Source: an uncultured Collinsella sp.
GTDB lineage: Bacteria; Actinomycetota; Coriobacteriia; Coriobacteriales; Coriobacteriaceae
Direction: 5' to 3'
Assembly: GCA_900544875.1 (NCBI GenBank)
Contig: UQWS01000007.1
Span: 26,580 to 90,579 of the forward strand
DNA length: 64,000 nt
This document shows, piece by piece, positions 1 to 9,087 of this stretch. A program made the position numbers and the translations under genes. Numbering within the stretch: position 1 is the first letter of the stretch; each line of letters starts with the position of its first letter. The notes under the pieces are model-generated. The model saw only the letters and a list, made by a program, of their open reading frames with translations, did not search any database and was not told the origin of the DNA.

Positions 1-50
1 TCTTCGGAGTACTCGGTAATGTCGATCAGGTGCTTATGGTTGAACGCCAC
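1..50 (-). CDS. pyrB: Aspartate carbamoyltransferase catalytic subunit, N-terminal fragment (runs off window)
   Basis: GTG at 50 just after the pyrR stop gives (M)AFNHKHLIDITEYSE, resembling the PyrB N-terminus; pyrR-pyrB is the usual order. Confidence 0.7.
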   Translation of the reverse strand, partial: MAFNHKHLIDITEYSE

Positions 51-54
51 GGTA

Positions 55-651
<597 letters not shown>

Positions 652-678
652 TCACATGTCTTGACTGCTGACACAGTC

Positions 679-785
679 AAAAAAAATAGATGCCCGACCG
701 CTTAAAGCGGACCAGACACCCACAGGAAGGGCTGCTCTTCGGCAGCTATGTAATTCCATGTGGGTATCTCGTACCCCTTTAATGG
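679..785 (-). promoter_or_regulatory. pyr leader attenuator (anti-antiterminator, antiterminator, terminator)
   Basis: Terminator hairpin 689-720 with U-run 679-686; 714-728 complementary to 754-769; hairpin 756-785 with CGAGA loop. Confidence 0.75.
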
Positions 786-893
786 TCAAGGGATAGTGTA
801 GCCAACCTCGAGCTTAATTGCGAGCATAAATACAGAACAATCCGTAAACGGAGCCCAATGCTCCATAAACCTATATATATTTGTGGGACGAGC

Positions 894-922
894 TTGAAAA
901 CGCACGCACGAGCTGGCATAAT
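894..922 (+). promoter_or_regulatory. Housekeeping-sigma promoter
   Basis: TTGAAA-17 bp-CATAAT, preceded by TGn extension. Confidence 0.55.
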
Positions 923-1028
923 CCCCTCTGCTGCACGCAAATCGGATCTACGTCCAGGGCCGTGGCGTGAGCACTATCGCCAAAAGAGGAATATCTCTGT
1001 GTAGATTACGCACAGGGAGCTGCTTCTG

Positions 1029-1037
1029 TGCTATAGT
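1029..1037 (+). promoter_or_regulatory. Extended -10 promoter of rpmB
   Basis: TG-C-TATAGT about 55 nt upstream of the ATG. Confidence 0.5.
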
Positions 1038-1091
1038 TCAGGCTTGTTTGTTAACGCGACATGTTCGTTTGTCGCCCAAGGAGGGTCAGTT

Positions 1092-1280
1092 ATGTCCAAA
1101 GTTTGCGAAGTTTGCGGTAAGCACCCCGTTGCCGGTCGCTCCATCAGCCACTCTCACCGCGTCACCAACCGTAAGTTCCGCCCCAACATCCAGCGCGTCT
1201 ACGTCGTCGTCGATGGTCACCGTCGCAAGATGAACGTTTGCTCCACCTGCCTCAAGTCTGGCAAGGTTGCGCGCTCCTAA
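1092..1280 (+). CDS. rpmB: 50S ribosomal protein L28 (Zn-binding form)
   Basis: MSKVCEVCGK...RKFRPNIQ...VCSTCLKSGKV; GGAGG RBS. Confidence 0.97.
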   Translation: MSKVCEVCGKHPVAGRSISHSHRVTNRKFRPNIQRVYVVVDGHRRKMNVCSTCLKSGKVARS

Positions 1281-1348
1281 ATAAGGTCTTACCAACAAGT
1301 ACCTCGGACTCTCCGGGTCAAAGACCTCGCGTTCATATAGAACTTACC

Positions 1349-1381
1349 AAAGGCGTCCTCCCCCACGGAGGGCGCCTTTTT
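1349..1381 (+). terminator. Intrinsic terminator after rpmB
   Basis: aaaggcgtcctcc/ggagggcgccttt stem followed by T-run. Confidence 0.85.
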
Positions 1382-1382
1382 G

Positions 1383-1446
1383 CACTCATTGGGGACACTC
1401 ATTGGGGACAGACTTACATGAGTGTTTTCACGCATTGGGGACAGAC
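1383..1446. repeat. Left inverted repeat with three CAC(T/G)CATTGGGGACA copies
   Basis: 1398-1446 matches the reverse complement of 2387-2435 at 45/49; 13-bp tandem duplication 1383-1395/1396-1408. Confidence 0.9.
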
Positions 1447-1479
1447 GTAACGCATGCCGACTGCGGCTCGGCCCCTACC

Positions 1480-2256
1480 TCACGCTGCCTCCTTCCAGCC
1501 TACAGTGGCCTTGGTCACGCTTGTAGCGCCGATACCGGTGATACGGGCAATTTGCTTGACCGTGAGATGTGCCCGCCTGAGCCTCAGCAGACAGGCATCA
1601 CGTTCGGAGCGTGGCAGGGCCTTGAGCAGCGCAGGATCCATGCTCGGCAAAACTTCGCGCGCAACGGAAAGGGCGTCCTCATCGGGGATCCGTCGGCGCG
1701 GAAGAATCTCCACTGACCAGATGCGCCCGGCAACTTCCTCGAGATGCTCGCAATAGCAACGAGAGCCTCCGACAATATCGAGCATAGGGGCCGCGTCACA
1801 GATATCAAAGGGATCATATCCCAGCTGGTATGCCTTGTAGCTTGACCAGCGGTAGGCATCGAGCGAGTCGAGCACACCTTTCACAGGATTGAGATGGATA
1901 TAATCGAGCAACTGCACCGCCTGCGTGTCCGACTCGACCGCGATCCGCGAATAGCGATTATCAAACAGGTGACCCGTTCTTCCCGTTTTTCCATTGAAAT
2001 ACTTGGCATAGGCCGTCAGCGCGCACTGCATTGCCTTTGAAAGGTTGTCATATGGGTCATCAACCATCAAATGGAAGTGATTATCCATAAGGCACCAGGC
2101 CAACACCGCCACGTCATGGCACGCAAACCTGTCTGAGATGTCCGATAAGAAACGATAGCGGTCGGAATCATCTTCAAAAATGATCTGTTTGGAGTTGCCG
2201 CGGTCAAAGACGTGGTAATAGCCGGTGAGCGATATTTCGCGGGCGCATCGGGGCAT
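1480..2256 (-). CDS. HUH Y1 tyrosine transposase (RAYT / IS200-superfamily-like) with C-terminal HTH
   Basis: YHVFDRGN, WCLMDNHFHL (HUH), GHLF, DYIHLNPVK (catalytic Tyr), WSSY, C-terminal LTVKQIARITGIG; ATG 2256 with AAGGAG RBS. Confidence 0.92.
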   Translation of the reverse strand: MPRCAREISLTGYYHVFDRGNSKQIIFEDDSDRYRFLSDISDRFACHDVAVLAWCLMDNHFHLMVDDPYDNLSKAMQCALTAYAKYFNGKTGRTGHLFDNRYSRIAVESDTQAVQLLDYIHLNPVKGVLDSLDAYRWSSYKAYQLGYDPFDICDAAPMLDIVGGSRCYCEHLEEVAGRIWSVEILPRRRIPDEDALSVAREVLPSMDPALLKALPRSERDACLLRLRRAHLTVKQIARITGIGATSVTKATVGWKEAA

Positions 2257-2386
2257 GGTCTCTCCTTTCAAAGCCGTACAGGCAACACCTAAAAGGAGAG
2301 AAGGAACGCGAAATGCTGAGCCTGTGACCTATTTATATCCAATCTGCGCCAAAAACAGGCCCAGAACGGCAAAATGACAAATCCAT

Positions 2387-2435
2387 GTCTGTCACAAATG
2401 AGTGAAAGCACTCATGTAAGTCTGTCCCCAATGAG
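2387..2435. repeat. Right inverted repeat
   Basis: Reverse complement of 1398-1446; contains perfect ATGAGTG-aaag-CACTCAT hairpin. Confidence 0.9.
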
Positions 2436-2466
2436 CGGGGCAATGCAATAGGCAGATAGTTATAGT

Positions 2467-2478
2467 TGAAACGTTTCA
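2467..2478. promoter_or_regulatory. Palindromic operator, LacI/GalR-type
   Basis: Perfect TGAAACGTTTCA upstream of the adhE extended -10 (TGCTATCAT, 2540-2548). Confidence 0.5.
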
Positions 2479-2588
2479 GTTTATTGAAGTGTTTTAGTGT
2501 GCCTTTTACAGGAATCTGACCGTTCACCGAATTATTTCTTGCTATCATGCAAGGCGTAGGGTAAATCTCCGATCGCAAGGAGACACAA

Positions 2589-5237
2589 ATGGTGAAAAAG
2601 TCACCGGAAAACACTACTCCCGCAATTGTGGACAACGTAGAGGCGCTTGAGGCTAAGCTCGCTCAGATGCGAGAGGCCCAGGCGCTTTTTGCTACGTACA
2701 CGCAGGAGCAGGTCGACAAGATCTTCTATGAGGCCGCCATGGCCGCCAACAAGGCTCGTATCCCGTTGGCGAAGATGGCCATCGAGGAGACCGGCCGCGG
2801 CGTTCTTGAGGACAAGGTCATCAAGAACCACTACGCCGCAGAGTACATCTACAACGCTTACAAGAACACCAAGACCTGTGGCGTTCTGGAGCGCGACGAG
2901 GCTTACGGCATCACCAAGATCGCCGAGCCCATCGGCATCGTGGGCGCCGTCATCCCGACGACCAACCCCACCTCCACCGCGATCTTCAAGACGCTGATCA
3001 GCCTGAAGACCCGCAATGCCATCATCATCTCCCCGCACCCGGCTGCCGCCAAGTGCACCATCGCCGCCGCCAAGCTCGTGCTTGACGCCGCCGTCAAGGC
3101 CGGCGCCCCCGAGGGCATCATCGGCTGGGTCGATGTCCCCTCCATCGAGCTGACCAACATGGTCATGCGCGACGTCGACATCATCCTCGCCACCGGTGGC
3201 CCGGGCATGGTCAAGGCCGCTTACTCCTCGGGCAAGCCCGCCCTGGGCGTTGGCGCCGGTAACACCCCGGTCGTCATCGACGACACCGCCGACGTACTGC
3301 TCGCCGTCAACTCCATCATCCACTCCAAGACCTTCGACAACGGCATGATCTGCGCTTCCGAGCAGTCCGTGACCGTCATCGACACCATCTATGACCAGGT
3401 CAAGGCCGAGTTCCAGAAGCGCGGCTGCTACTTCGTCAAGCAGGGTGCCGAGATGGAGGCCCTGCGTGCCGCCATGTTCAAGAACGGCGCCCTCGATCAC
3501 CGCATCCCCGGCATGGCTGCCGCCAAGATCGCCGAGCTCGCCGGCATCGAGGTTCCCGCCAAGACCAAGATCCTGATCGCCGAGGTCACCTCCACCGACC
3601 CCGCCAAGGAGGAGTTCTCCCACGAGAAGCTCTCCCCGGTCCTGGCCATGTACCACGCCAAGGACTTCCAGGAGGCCGTCGACAAGGCCGAGCACCTGGT
3701 GCTCGCCGGTGGCCCGGGCCACACCGCCTCTCTGTACGTGCACCCCGCCCAGGCCGAGAAGATCAGCCTGTTCGAGCACGTCATGAAGGCCTGCCGTATC
3801 GTCATCAACACCCCGTCCTCGCACGGCGGCATCGGTGACCTGTACAACTTTGGCATGAAGCCGTCTCTGACCCTGGGCTGCGGCTCCTGGGGCGGCAACT
3901 CCGTCTCCGAGAACGTTGGGGTGAAGCACTTGATCAACGTTAAGACTGTGGCCGAGCGCCGTGAGAACATGCTGTGGTTCCGCGCTCCCGAGAAGGTCTA
4001 CTTCAAGAAGGGTTCCACGCCCGTCGCCCTCGACGAGCTGGGCAACGTCATGGGCAAGAAGCGCGCCTTCATCGTCACCGACCAGTTCCTCTTCAAGAAT
4101 GGCAACACCCGCGCCATCGAGGCCAAGCTCGACGAGATGGGCATCGCCCACGACTGCTTCTACGACGTCGAGCCCGATCCGTCGCTGCAGTGTGCACGTC
4201 GCGGCGCCAAGCAGATGGCTCTCTTTGAGCCGGACGTCATCATCGCCGTCGGCGGTGGCTCCGCTATGGACGCCGGCAAGATCATGTGGATGATGTACGA
4301 GCACCCCGAGTGCAAGTTTGAGGACATGGCCATGGACTTCATGGACATCCGCAAGCGTATCTTCACCTTCCCCGAGATGGGCAAGAAGGCCTACTTCGTC
4401 GCCGTCCCGACCTCTTCGGGTACCGGCTCCGAGTGCACGCCGTTCGCCATCATCACCGACAAGGAGACCGGCATCAAGTGGCCGCTCGCCGACTACGCGC
4501 TGCTCCCCAACATGGCTATCGTCGACGCCGACAACTGCATGACCGCCCCGCGCGGCCTGACCGCTGCCTCCGGCATCGACGTCATGACCCACGCCATCGA
4601 GTCCTACGTCTCCATCATGGCTTCCGACTACACCAAGGGCCTCTCCGAGCGCGCTGCCAAGCTCGTCTTTGAGAACCTGCCCTCCAGCTTCACGAACGGC
4701 GCCAAGGACCCGCACGCCCGCGAGGAGATGCACAACGCCTCCTGCATGGCCGGTATGGCCTTCGCCAACGCCTTCCTGGGCCTCAACCACTCCATGGCTC
4801 ACAAGCTCGGCGCTTTCCATCACCTGCCCCACGGCATCGCTAACGCCGTCATCCTGACCCGCGTCATGCGCTACAACGCCGCCGAGGCTCCCGTCAAGAT
4901 GGGTACCTTCTCCCAGTATCCTTACCCCAACGCGCTGCACAACTACGCCGAGATGGCCAAGTACTGCGGCATCGAGGGCAAGGACGACAAGGAGGTCTTC
5001 GAGAACTTCATCACGAAGCTCGAGGAGCTCAAGGACTTCATCGGTGTCAAGAAGACCATCGCCGACTACGGTGTTGACGAGCAGTACTTCCTCGACACCC
5101 TCGACGAGATGACCGAGCAGGCATTCAACGACCAGTGCACCGGCGCTAACCCGCGCTACCCGCTCATGAGCGAGATCAAGGAGCTCTACCTGGACGCCTA
5201 CTACGGCCGCGAGCCCCAGGACTACGCCGTCTGCTAG
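2589..5237 (+). CDS. adhE: Bifunctional acetaldehyde-CoA/alcohol dehydrogenase
   Basis: PTTNPTSTAIFK, KTFDNGMICASEQ, LTLGCGSWGGNS, ERRENMLWF, GGGSAMD, HSMAHKLG. Confidence 0.98.
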   Translation: MVKKSPENTTPAIVDNVEALEAKLAQMREAQALFATYTQEQVDKIFYEAAMAANKARIPLAKMAIEETGRGVLEDKVIKNHYAAEYIYNAYKNTKTCGVLERDEAYGITKIAEPIGIVGAVIPTTNPTSTAIFKTLISLKTRNAIIISPHPAAAKCTIAAAKLVLDAAVKAGAPEGIIGWVDVPSIELTNMVMRDVDIILATGGPGMVKAAYSSGKPALGVGAGNTPVVIDDTADVLLAVNSIIHSKTFDNGMICASEQSVTVIDTIYDQVKAEFQKRGCYFVKQGAEMEALRAAMFKNGALDHRIPGMAAAKIAELAGIEVPAKTKILIAEVTSTDPAKEEFSHEKLSPVLAMYHAKDFQEAVDKAEHLVLAGGPGHTASLYVHPAQAEKISLFEHVMKACRIVINTPSSHGGIGDLYNFGMKPSLTLGCGSWGGNSVSENVGVKHLINVKTVAERRENMLWFRAPEKVYFKKGSTPVALDELGNVMGKKRAFIVTDQFLFKNGNTRAIEAKLDEMGIAHDCFYDVEPDPSLQCARRGAKQMALFEPDVIIAVGGGSAMDAGKIMWMMYEHPECKFEDMAMDFMDIRKRIFTFPEMGKKAYFVAVPTSSGTGSECTPFAIITDKETGIKWPLADYALLPNMAIVDADNCMTAPRGLTAASGIDVMTHAIESYVSIMASDYTKGLSERAAKLVFENLPSSFTNGAKDPHAREEMHNASCMAGMAFANAFLGLNHSMAHKLGAFHHLPHGIANAVILTRVMRYNAAEAPVKMGTFSQYPYPNALHNYAEMAKYCGIEGKDDKEVFENFITKLEELKDFIGVKKTIADYGVDEQYFLDTLDEMTEQAFNDQCTGANPRYPLMSEIKELYLDAYYGREPQDYAVC

Positions 5238-5256
5238 TTTTTAGCACGGTTTTTTG

Positions 5257-5293
5257 CGGCGGGGGTGCACGGGTGTTTCACACACCCCCGCCG
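5257..5293. other. Intergenic GC-rich hairpin between adhE and the kinase gene
   Basis: cggcgggggtg/cacccccgccg 11-bp stem with no strong downstream U-run. Confidence 0.6.
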
Positions 5294-5326
5294 TCGCTTC
5301 TATCGCATCGTTGAAAGGATGCAACC

Positions 5327-6091
5327 ATGCTGCTACCCGATTCCAAGACCGAGCTCGTCCGCCGTGGCAACAAGGTCGTTTACGACCTGGGCGACAAGAT
5401 CGTCAAGGTCTTTAACGAGACCAAGCCTGTCTCCGACGTGTTCAACGAGGCTTTGAATCTTGCCCGCATCAATGAGTGCGGCATCCGCAGCCCCAAGGCT
5501 CTCGAGGTTTCCCAGCTCGAGAACGCCAACGGCTGGGCGCTCGTGACCGAGAAGGTTCCGGGCACCACCCTTGCCGAGAAGATGACTGCCGAGCCCCAGC
5601 GCTTTGGTGAGTACCTCGAGATGTTCGTCGACCTCCAGATCGAGATCCACGGCTACACCTCCCCGCTGCTCAACCGTCAGCGCGACAAGTTCGCCCGCAT
5701 GATCGACAGCCTTGATCAGCTCAATGCCACCACGCGCTACAACCTTCAGGAGCGTCTGGACGGCATGACCAAGGAGTTCAAGGTCTGCCACGGCGACTTC
5801 AACCCCTCCAACGTCATCGTCGGCGACGACGGCCAGCTCTATGTGTGCGACTGGGCACACGCCACCCAGGGCTCCCCTGCTGCCGACGTTGCCACCACCT
5901 ACCTGCTCTTTGCCCTCAACAGCAAGGACCAGGCCGAGGCCTACCTGGAGCTCTACTGCGACCGTGCCGACATGCCCATGCAGGTCGTGCGTCAGTGGAC
6001 GAGCATCGTCGCCGCTTCCGAGCTCGCTCGTAAGCGCAACGTGAACGATGAGTTCCTGAAGAACTGGATCGACGTCGTCGATTATCAGTAA
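5327..6091 (+). CDS. APH/choline-kinase-like phosphotransferase
   Basis: Brenner motif CHGDFNPSN followed by CDW. Confidence 0.85.
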   Translation: MLLPDSKTELVRRGNKVVYDLGDKIVKVFNETKPVSDVFNEALNLARINECGIRSPKALEVSQLENANGWALVTEKVPGTTLAEKMTAEPQRFGEYLEMFVDLQIEIHGYTSPLLNRQRDKFARMIDSLDQLNATTRYNLQERLDGMTKEFKVCHGDFNPSNVIVGDDGQLYVCDWAHATQGSPAADVATTYLLFALNSKDQAEAYLELYCDRADMPMQVVRQWTSIVAASELARKRNVNDEFLKNWIDVVDYQ

Positions 6092-6126
6092 TATCTGAGC
6101 GATTTATTTCGCATCGGAGGCATAAT

Positions 6127-6167
6127 GGAAAACCCCGCAGCTCGCATGGGCTGTGGGGTTTTCCTTT
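6127..6167 (+). terminator. Intrinsic terminator after the adhE-kinase pair
   Basis: ggaaaaccccgcagc/gctgtggggttttcc stem plus T-run. Confidence 0.8.
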
Positions 6168-6195
6168 TAGATATCGAGGATGCTACAAGATAATA

Positions 6196-6239
6196 GGACG
6201 GCCCCGCATCTCCCCGATTGGAGAAATGCGGGGCCGTCC
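6196..6239 (-). terminator. Hairpin downstream of proS
   Basis: ggacggccccgcat/atgcggggccgtcc 14-bp stem. Confidence 0.65.
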
Positions 6240-6269
6240 CACATATCGAACTACAAGCGAAATCGTCGA

Positions 6270-7991
6270 TTAACGGCGGGCTGCCTTAACAAGCTCGGCA
6301 ACCTTGGCAACGACCTCGTCGATCGCCACGTCCTCGCGCTCGCCCGTAGCACGGTCCTTGAGCTCAACGGTGCCATTCTTAAGGCCGCGCTTGCCCAGAA
6401 CCACCTGATACGGGAAGCCCATGAGGTCGTTATCGGCAAACTTAAAGCCAGGACGCTCATCGCGATCGTCGACGACGACCTCGATACCCTCGGCACACAG
6501 GCCATCAACAATCTGCTCGCAGACGGTAGCGCACTCTTCCTTCTTGGGATCAAGCGGAATCACCGCGACCTCGTACGGGGCAACGGAGACCGGCCAGACG
6601 ATACCGTGCTCGTCGTTGTGCTGCTCCACGACGGCAGCGAGCGAGCGGGACACGCCCACGCCGTAACAACCCATGATGAGCGGCTTCTCCTTGCCGTCCT
6701 CGTCCATAAAGGTGGCACCCATGGCCTCGGAATACTTGGTGCCAAGCTGGAAGACCTGAGAGACCTCGATGCCGCGGGCAGCGGAGAGCGGCTTGCCGCA
6801 GTGCGGGCAGGGGTCGCCGGCAACGACGGTTACCAGGTCGGCCCACTCGTCGACGGTAAAGTCGCGCTCGGGGCAGGCACCGGTAAAGTGATAGTCGACC
6901 TCGTTGGCGCCACAGGCCCACTGCTTGGACTCGCGCAGGCTCTCGTCGCACACCAGACGGATGCCCTCGGGCAGGTTGACCGGTCCGATAAAGCCCTTGT
7001 GCAGGCCGTTCGCCTGAAGCTCCTCGTCGGTCATCATGCGATAGCCCTTGCCAAAGACATGTTCGGCCTTGCAGTCATTGAGCTCGTGGTCGCCCGGGAC
7101 AATGGCCACGACCGGCATGCCCTCGGCGTCGATGAGCGCCAGCGACTTTCGCGTACCGTTCTCGGGGAAGCCGAAGAACTTGGCGACGGCCTCAATGGTG
7201 CCCATGCCCGGAGTCTCGACCTTGGTGAGCGTACCGTCGCCGGGGCCCTCAGTCACGACTACCTTGGTGCTTGCCGCCTCGTCATCGGCAGCAAAGCCGC
7301 AATCGTCGCAGTAGACCAGCGAAGCCTCACCGGCGTCGGCCAAAGCCATGTACTCGACGGAGGTATCGCCACCGATCTCACCGGAGTCGGCAACGACGGG
7401 CAGGGCCTTAATGTAGCAGCGCTCACAGATGTTAGCGTAGGCCTGCTTCATCTTGTCGTACTCCTCCTGCAGGCTCTCCTGTGTGGCGGAGAAGCTGTAG
7501 GCGTCCTTCATGATGAACTCGCGACCGCGCATCAGGCCAAAGCGGGGACGGAACTCGTCGCGGAACTTGTCCTGAATGTGGTACAGGTTGACAGGCAGCT
7601 GCTTGTAGGAACGCAGCTCGTTGCGCACCAGGGCCGTGACGGTCTCCTCGTGCGTGGGGCCCAGCACGAACTCGCGGCCGTGGCGGTCATCAAAGCGCAC
7701 GAGTTCCTTGCCATAGGCGTCGATGCGGCCGGACTCGCGCCATAGCTCAGCGTCGACCATAATGGGCATCATGAGCTCCTGGGCACCGGCGGCATCCATC
7801 TCGTCGCGCACGATATTCTCGATCTTGCGAATCGAGCGCCATGCGAGCGGCAGGTAGGAATACAGACCGGCGGCCTCCTTGCGGATCATGCCGGCACGGA
7901 GCAGCAGGCGGTGGCTGGCGAGCTCAGCGTCCGCCGGATCCTCTTTAAGCGTCGGCGCATAGAGCTTAGACATATACATTGCTCGGGTCAT
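6270..7991 (-). CDS. proS: Proline--tRNA ligase (bacterial type with INS editing domain)
   Basis: SHRLLLRAGMI, LGPTHEE, FRDEFRPRFGLMRGREF, MGCYGVG. Confidence 0.98.
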   Translation of the reverse strand: MTRAMYMSKLYAPTLKEDPADAELASHRLLLRAGMIRKEAAGLYSYLPLAWRSIRKIENIVRDEMDAAGAQELMMPIMVDAELWRESGRIDAYGKELVRFDDRHGREFVLGPTHEETVTALVRNELRSYKQLPVNLYHIQDKFRDEFRPRFGLMRGREFIMKDAYSFSATQESLQEEYDKMKQAYANICERCYIKALPVVADSGEIGGDTSVEYMALADAGEASLVYCDDCGFAADDEAASTKVVVTEGPGDGTLTKVETPGMGTIEAVAKFFGFPENGTRKSLALIDAEGMPVVAIVPGDHELNDCKAEHVFGKGYRMMTDEELQANGLHKGFIGPVNLPEGIRLVCDESLRESKQWACGANEVDYHFTGACPERDFTVDEWADLVTVVAGDPCPHCGKPLSAARGIEVSQVFQLGTKYSEAMGATFMDEDGKEKPLIMGCYGVGVSRSLAAVVEQHNDEHGIVWPVSVAPYEVAVIPLDPKKEECATVCEQIVDGLCAEGIEVVVDDRDERPGFKFADNDLMGFPYQVVLGKRGLKNGTVELKDRATGEREDVAIDEVVAKVAELVKAARR

Positions 7992-9074
7992 TTATTTCTC
8001 CTCAATAAGTTTGTCGACCTCTGCCATAAGCGCGTCGACAATTTGGTCCTCAGCTACTTTACCAATGATCTGGCCATGCGAAAAGAGCAAGGCCTGACCA
8101 CGTCCGCAAGCAACGCCCAGGTCGGCATCAGAAGCCTCACCGGGGCCATTAACGGCACATCCCATCACAGCGATAGAAAGCGGCGCGGAGTAGTTCTTAA
8201 GCCGCTCGGTGACCTCCTCGGCGATGGGAATCAGGTTAACCTGACAGCGGGCGCACGTGGGGCACGAGACAATCTCGGGACCGCGGCGACGCAGGCCCAA
8301 CGACTGCAAAATTCCCCAGGCGACCGGCGGCTCCTCAACCGGATCGGCCGTGAGCGAGACGCGCATGGTGTCACCGATACCCTCAGACAGCAGAATACCA
8401 AGGCCCACCGAGCTCTTGATGGTGCCCTGCAGCTTGGTACCTGCCTCGGTTACGCCCAAGTGAAGCGGAACGTGGGGAATCTCACGCGACAGGGCTCGAT
8501 AGGTATCGAGCGTCGTTTGCACGCTATGGGCCTTGGCCGAAAGCACAATGTTCGTAAATCCGCGGTCCTCAAAGTGCTTGACGAAACGCTCGCTCGACTT
8601 CACGAGCTTTTCGGGCTGCGTGAGGTCATCGCGCTCGGCGATGTCCTGCTCGAGCGAACCGGCATTGACGCCGATACGAATCGCACAACCCGCGGCACCC
8701 GCAGCATCGATCACCGCGTCGACCTTAGCCCAATCGCCGATATTGCCGGGATTGATGCGCAGCTTGGCGGCACCAGCCTCGACGGCGCCGATGGCGAGCT
8801 TATGATTAAAGTGAATATCGGCAACGATCGGCACTGGAGACTCAGCACAGATGGTACGGAAGCCCTCGAGCGCGGCCTCGGTGGGTACACTTACGCGCAC
8901 GATATCGCAGCCCGCCTGCGCCAACGCGCGAACCTGCCCAAGCGTGGCCTGAGCATCGGCGGTATCGGTGCAGGTCATGGACTGAACCACGACCGGCGCG
9001 CCACCGCCGATCTGCACGCCGCCCACATGCACGGGGCGCGTCAGCTCGCGCGGCAAAGAATGGGATGAAGACAA
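7992..9074 (-). CDS. ispG: HMBPP synthase (GcpE)
   Basis: VQSMT, ADIHF, RINPGN, LHLGVTEAG, SCPTCAR, MGCAVNGPGE; TTG start at 9074. Confidence 0.97.
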   Translation of the reverse strand: MSSSHSLPRELTRPVHVGGVQIGGGAPVVVQSMTCTDTADAQATLGQVRALAQAGCDIVRVSVPTEAALEGFRTICAESPVPIVADIHFNHKLAIGAVEAGAAKLRINPGNIGDWAKVDAVIDAAGAAGCAIRIGVNAGSLEQDIAERDDLTQPEKLVKSSERFVKHFEDRGFTNIVLSAKAHSVQTTLDTYRALSREIPHVPLHLGVTEAGTKLQGTIKSSVGLGILLSEGIGDTMRVSLTADPVEEPPVAWGILQSLGLRRRGPEIVSCPTCARCQVNLIPIAEEVTERLKNYSAPLSIAVMGCAVNGPGEASDADLGVACGRGQALLFSHGQIIGKVAEDQIVDALMAEVDKLIEEK

Positions 9075-9087
9075 TCCAAACACTCCC

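Larger units (their letters stand above)
1398..2435. mobile_element. About 1.04-kb element: Y1/RAYT-like transposase gene between 49-bp inverted repeats
   Basis: IR pair enclosing a single HUH transposase gene; inserted between the rpmB terminator and the adhE promoter. Confidence 0.7.

Noticed and set aside
1383..1446. Three short direct repeats suggesting a mini-CRISPR
   Set aside because: Spacing is irregular and too short, there are no cas genes, and the repeats are explained by the IR structure
2591..2605. GGTGA-aaaag-TCACC at the adhE start as a Rex operator
   Set aside because: Half-site spacing is one base short and outer TT/AA bases are missing
5327..6091. Aminoglycoside resistance gene
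   Set aside because: Only the generic kinase motif is present; host-like codon usage and metabolic context
6196..6240. GGACGG...CCGTCCC hairpin as a member of the GGGAC family
   Set aside because: The motif is in the stem base rather than the loop; more simply the proS terminator
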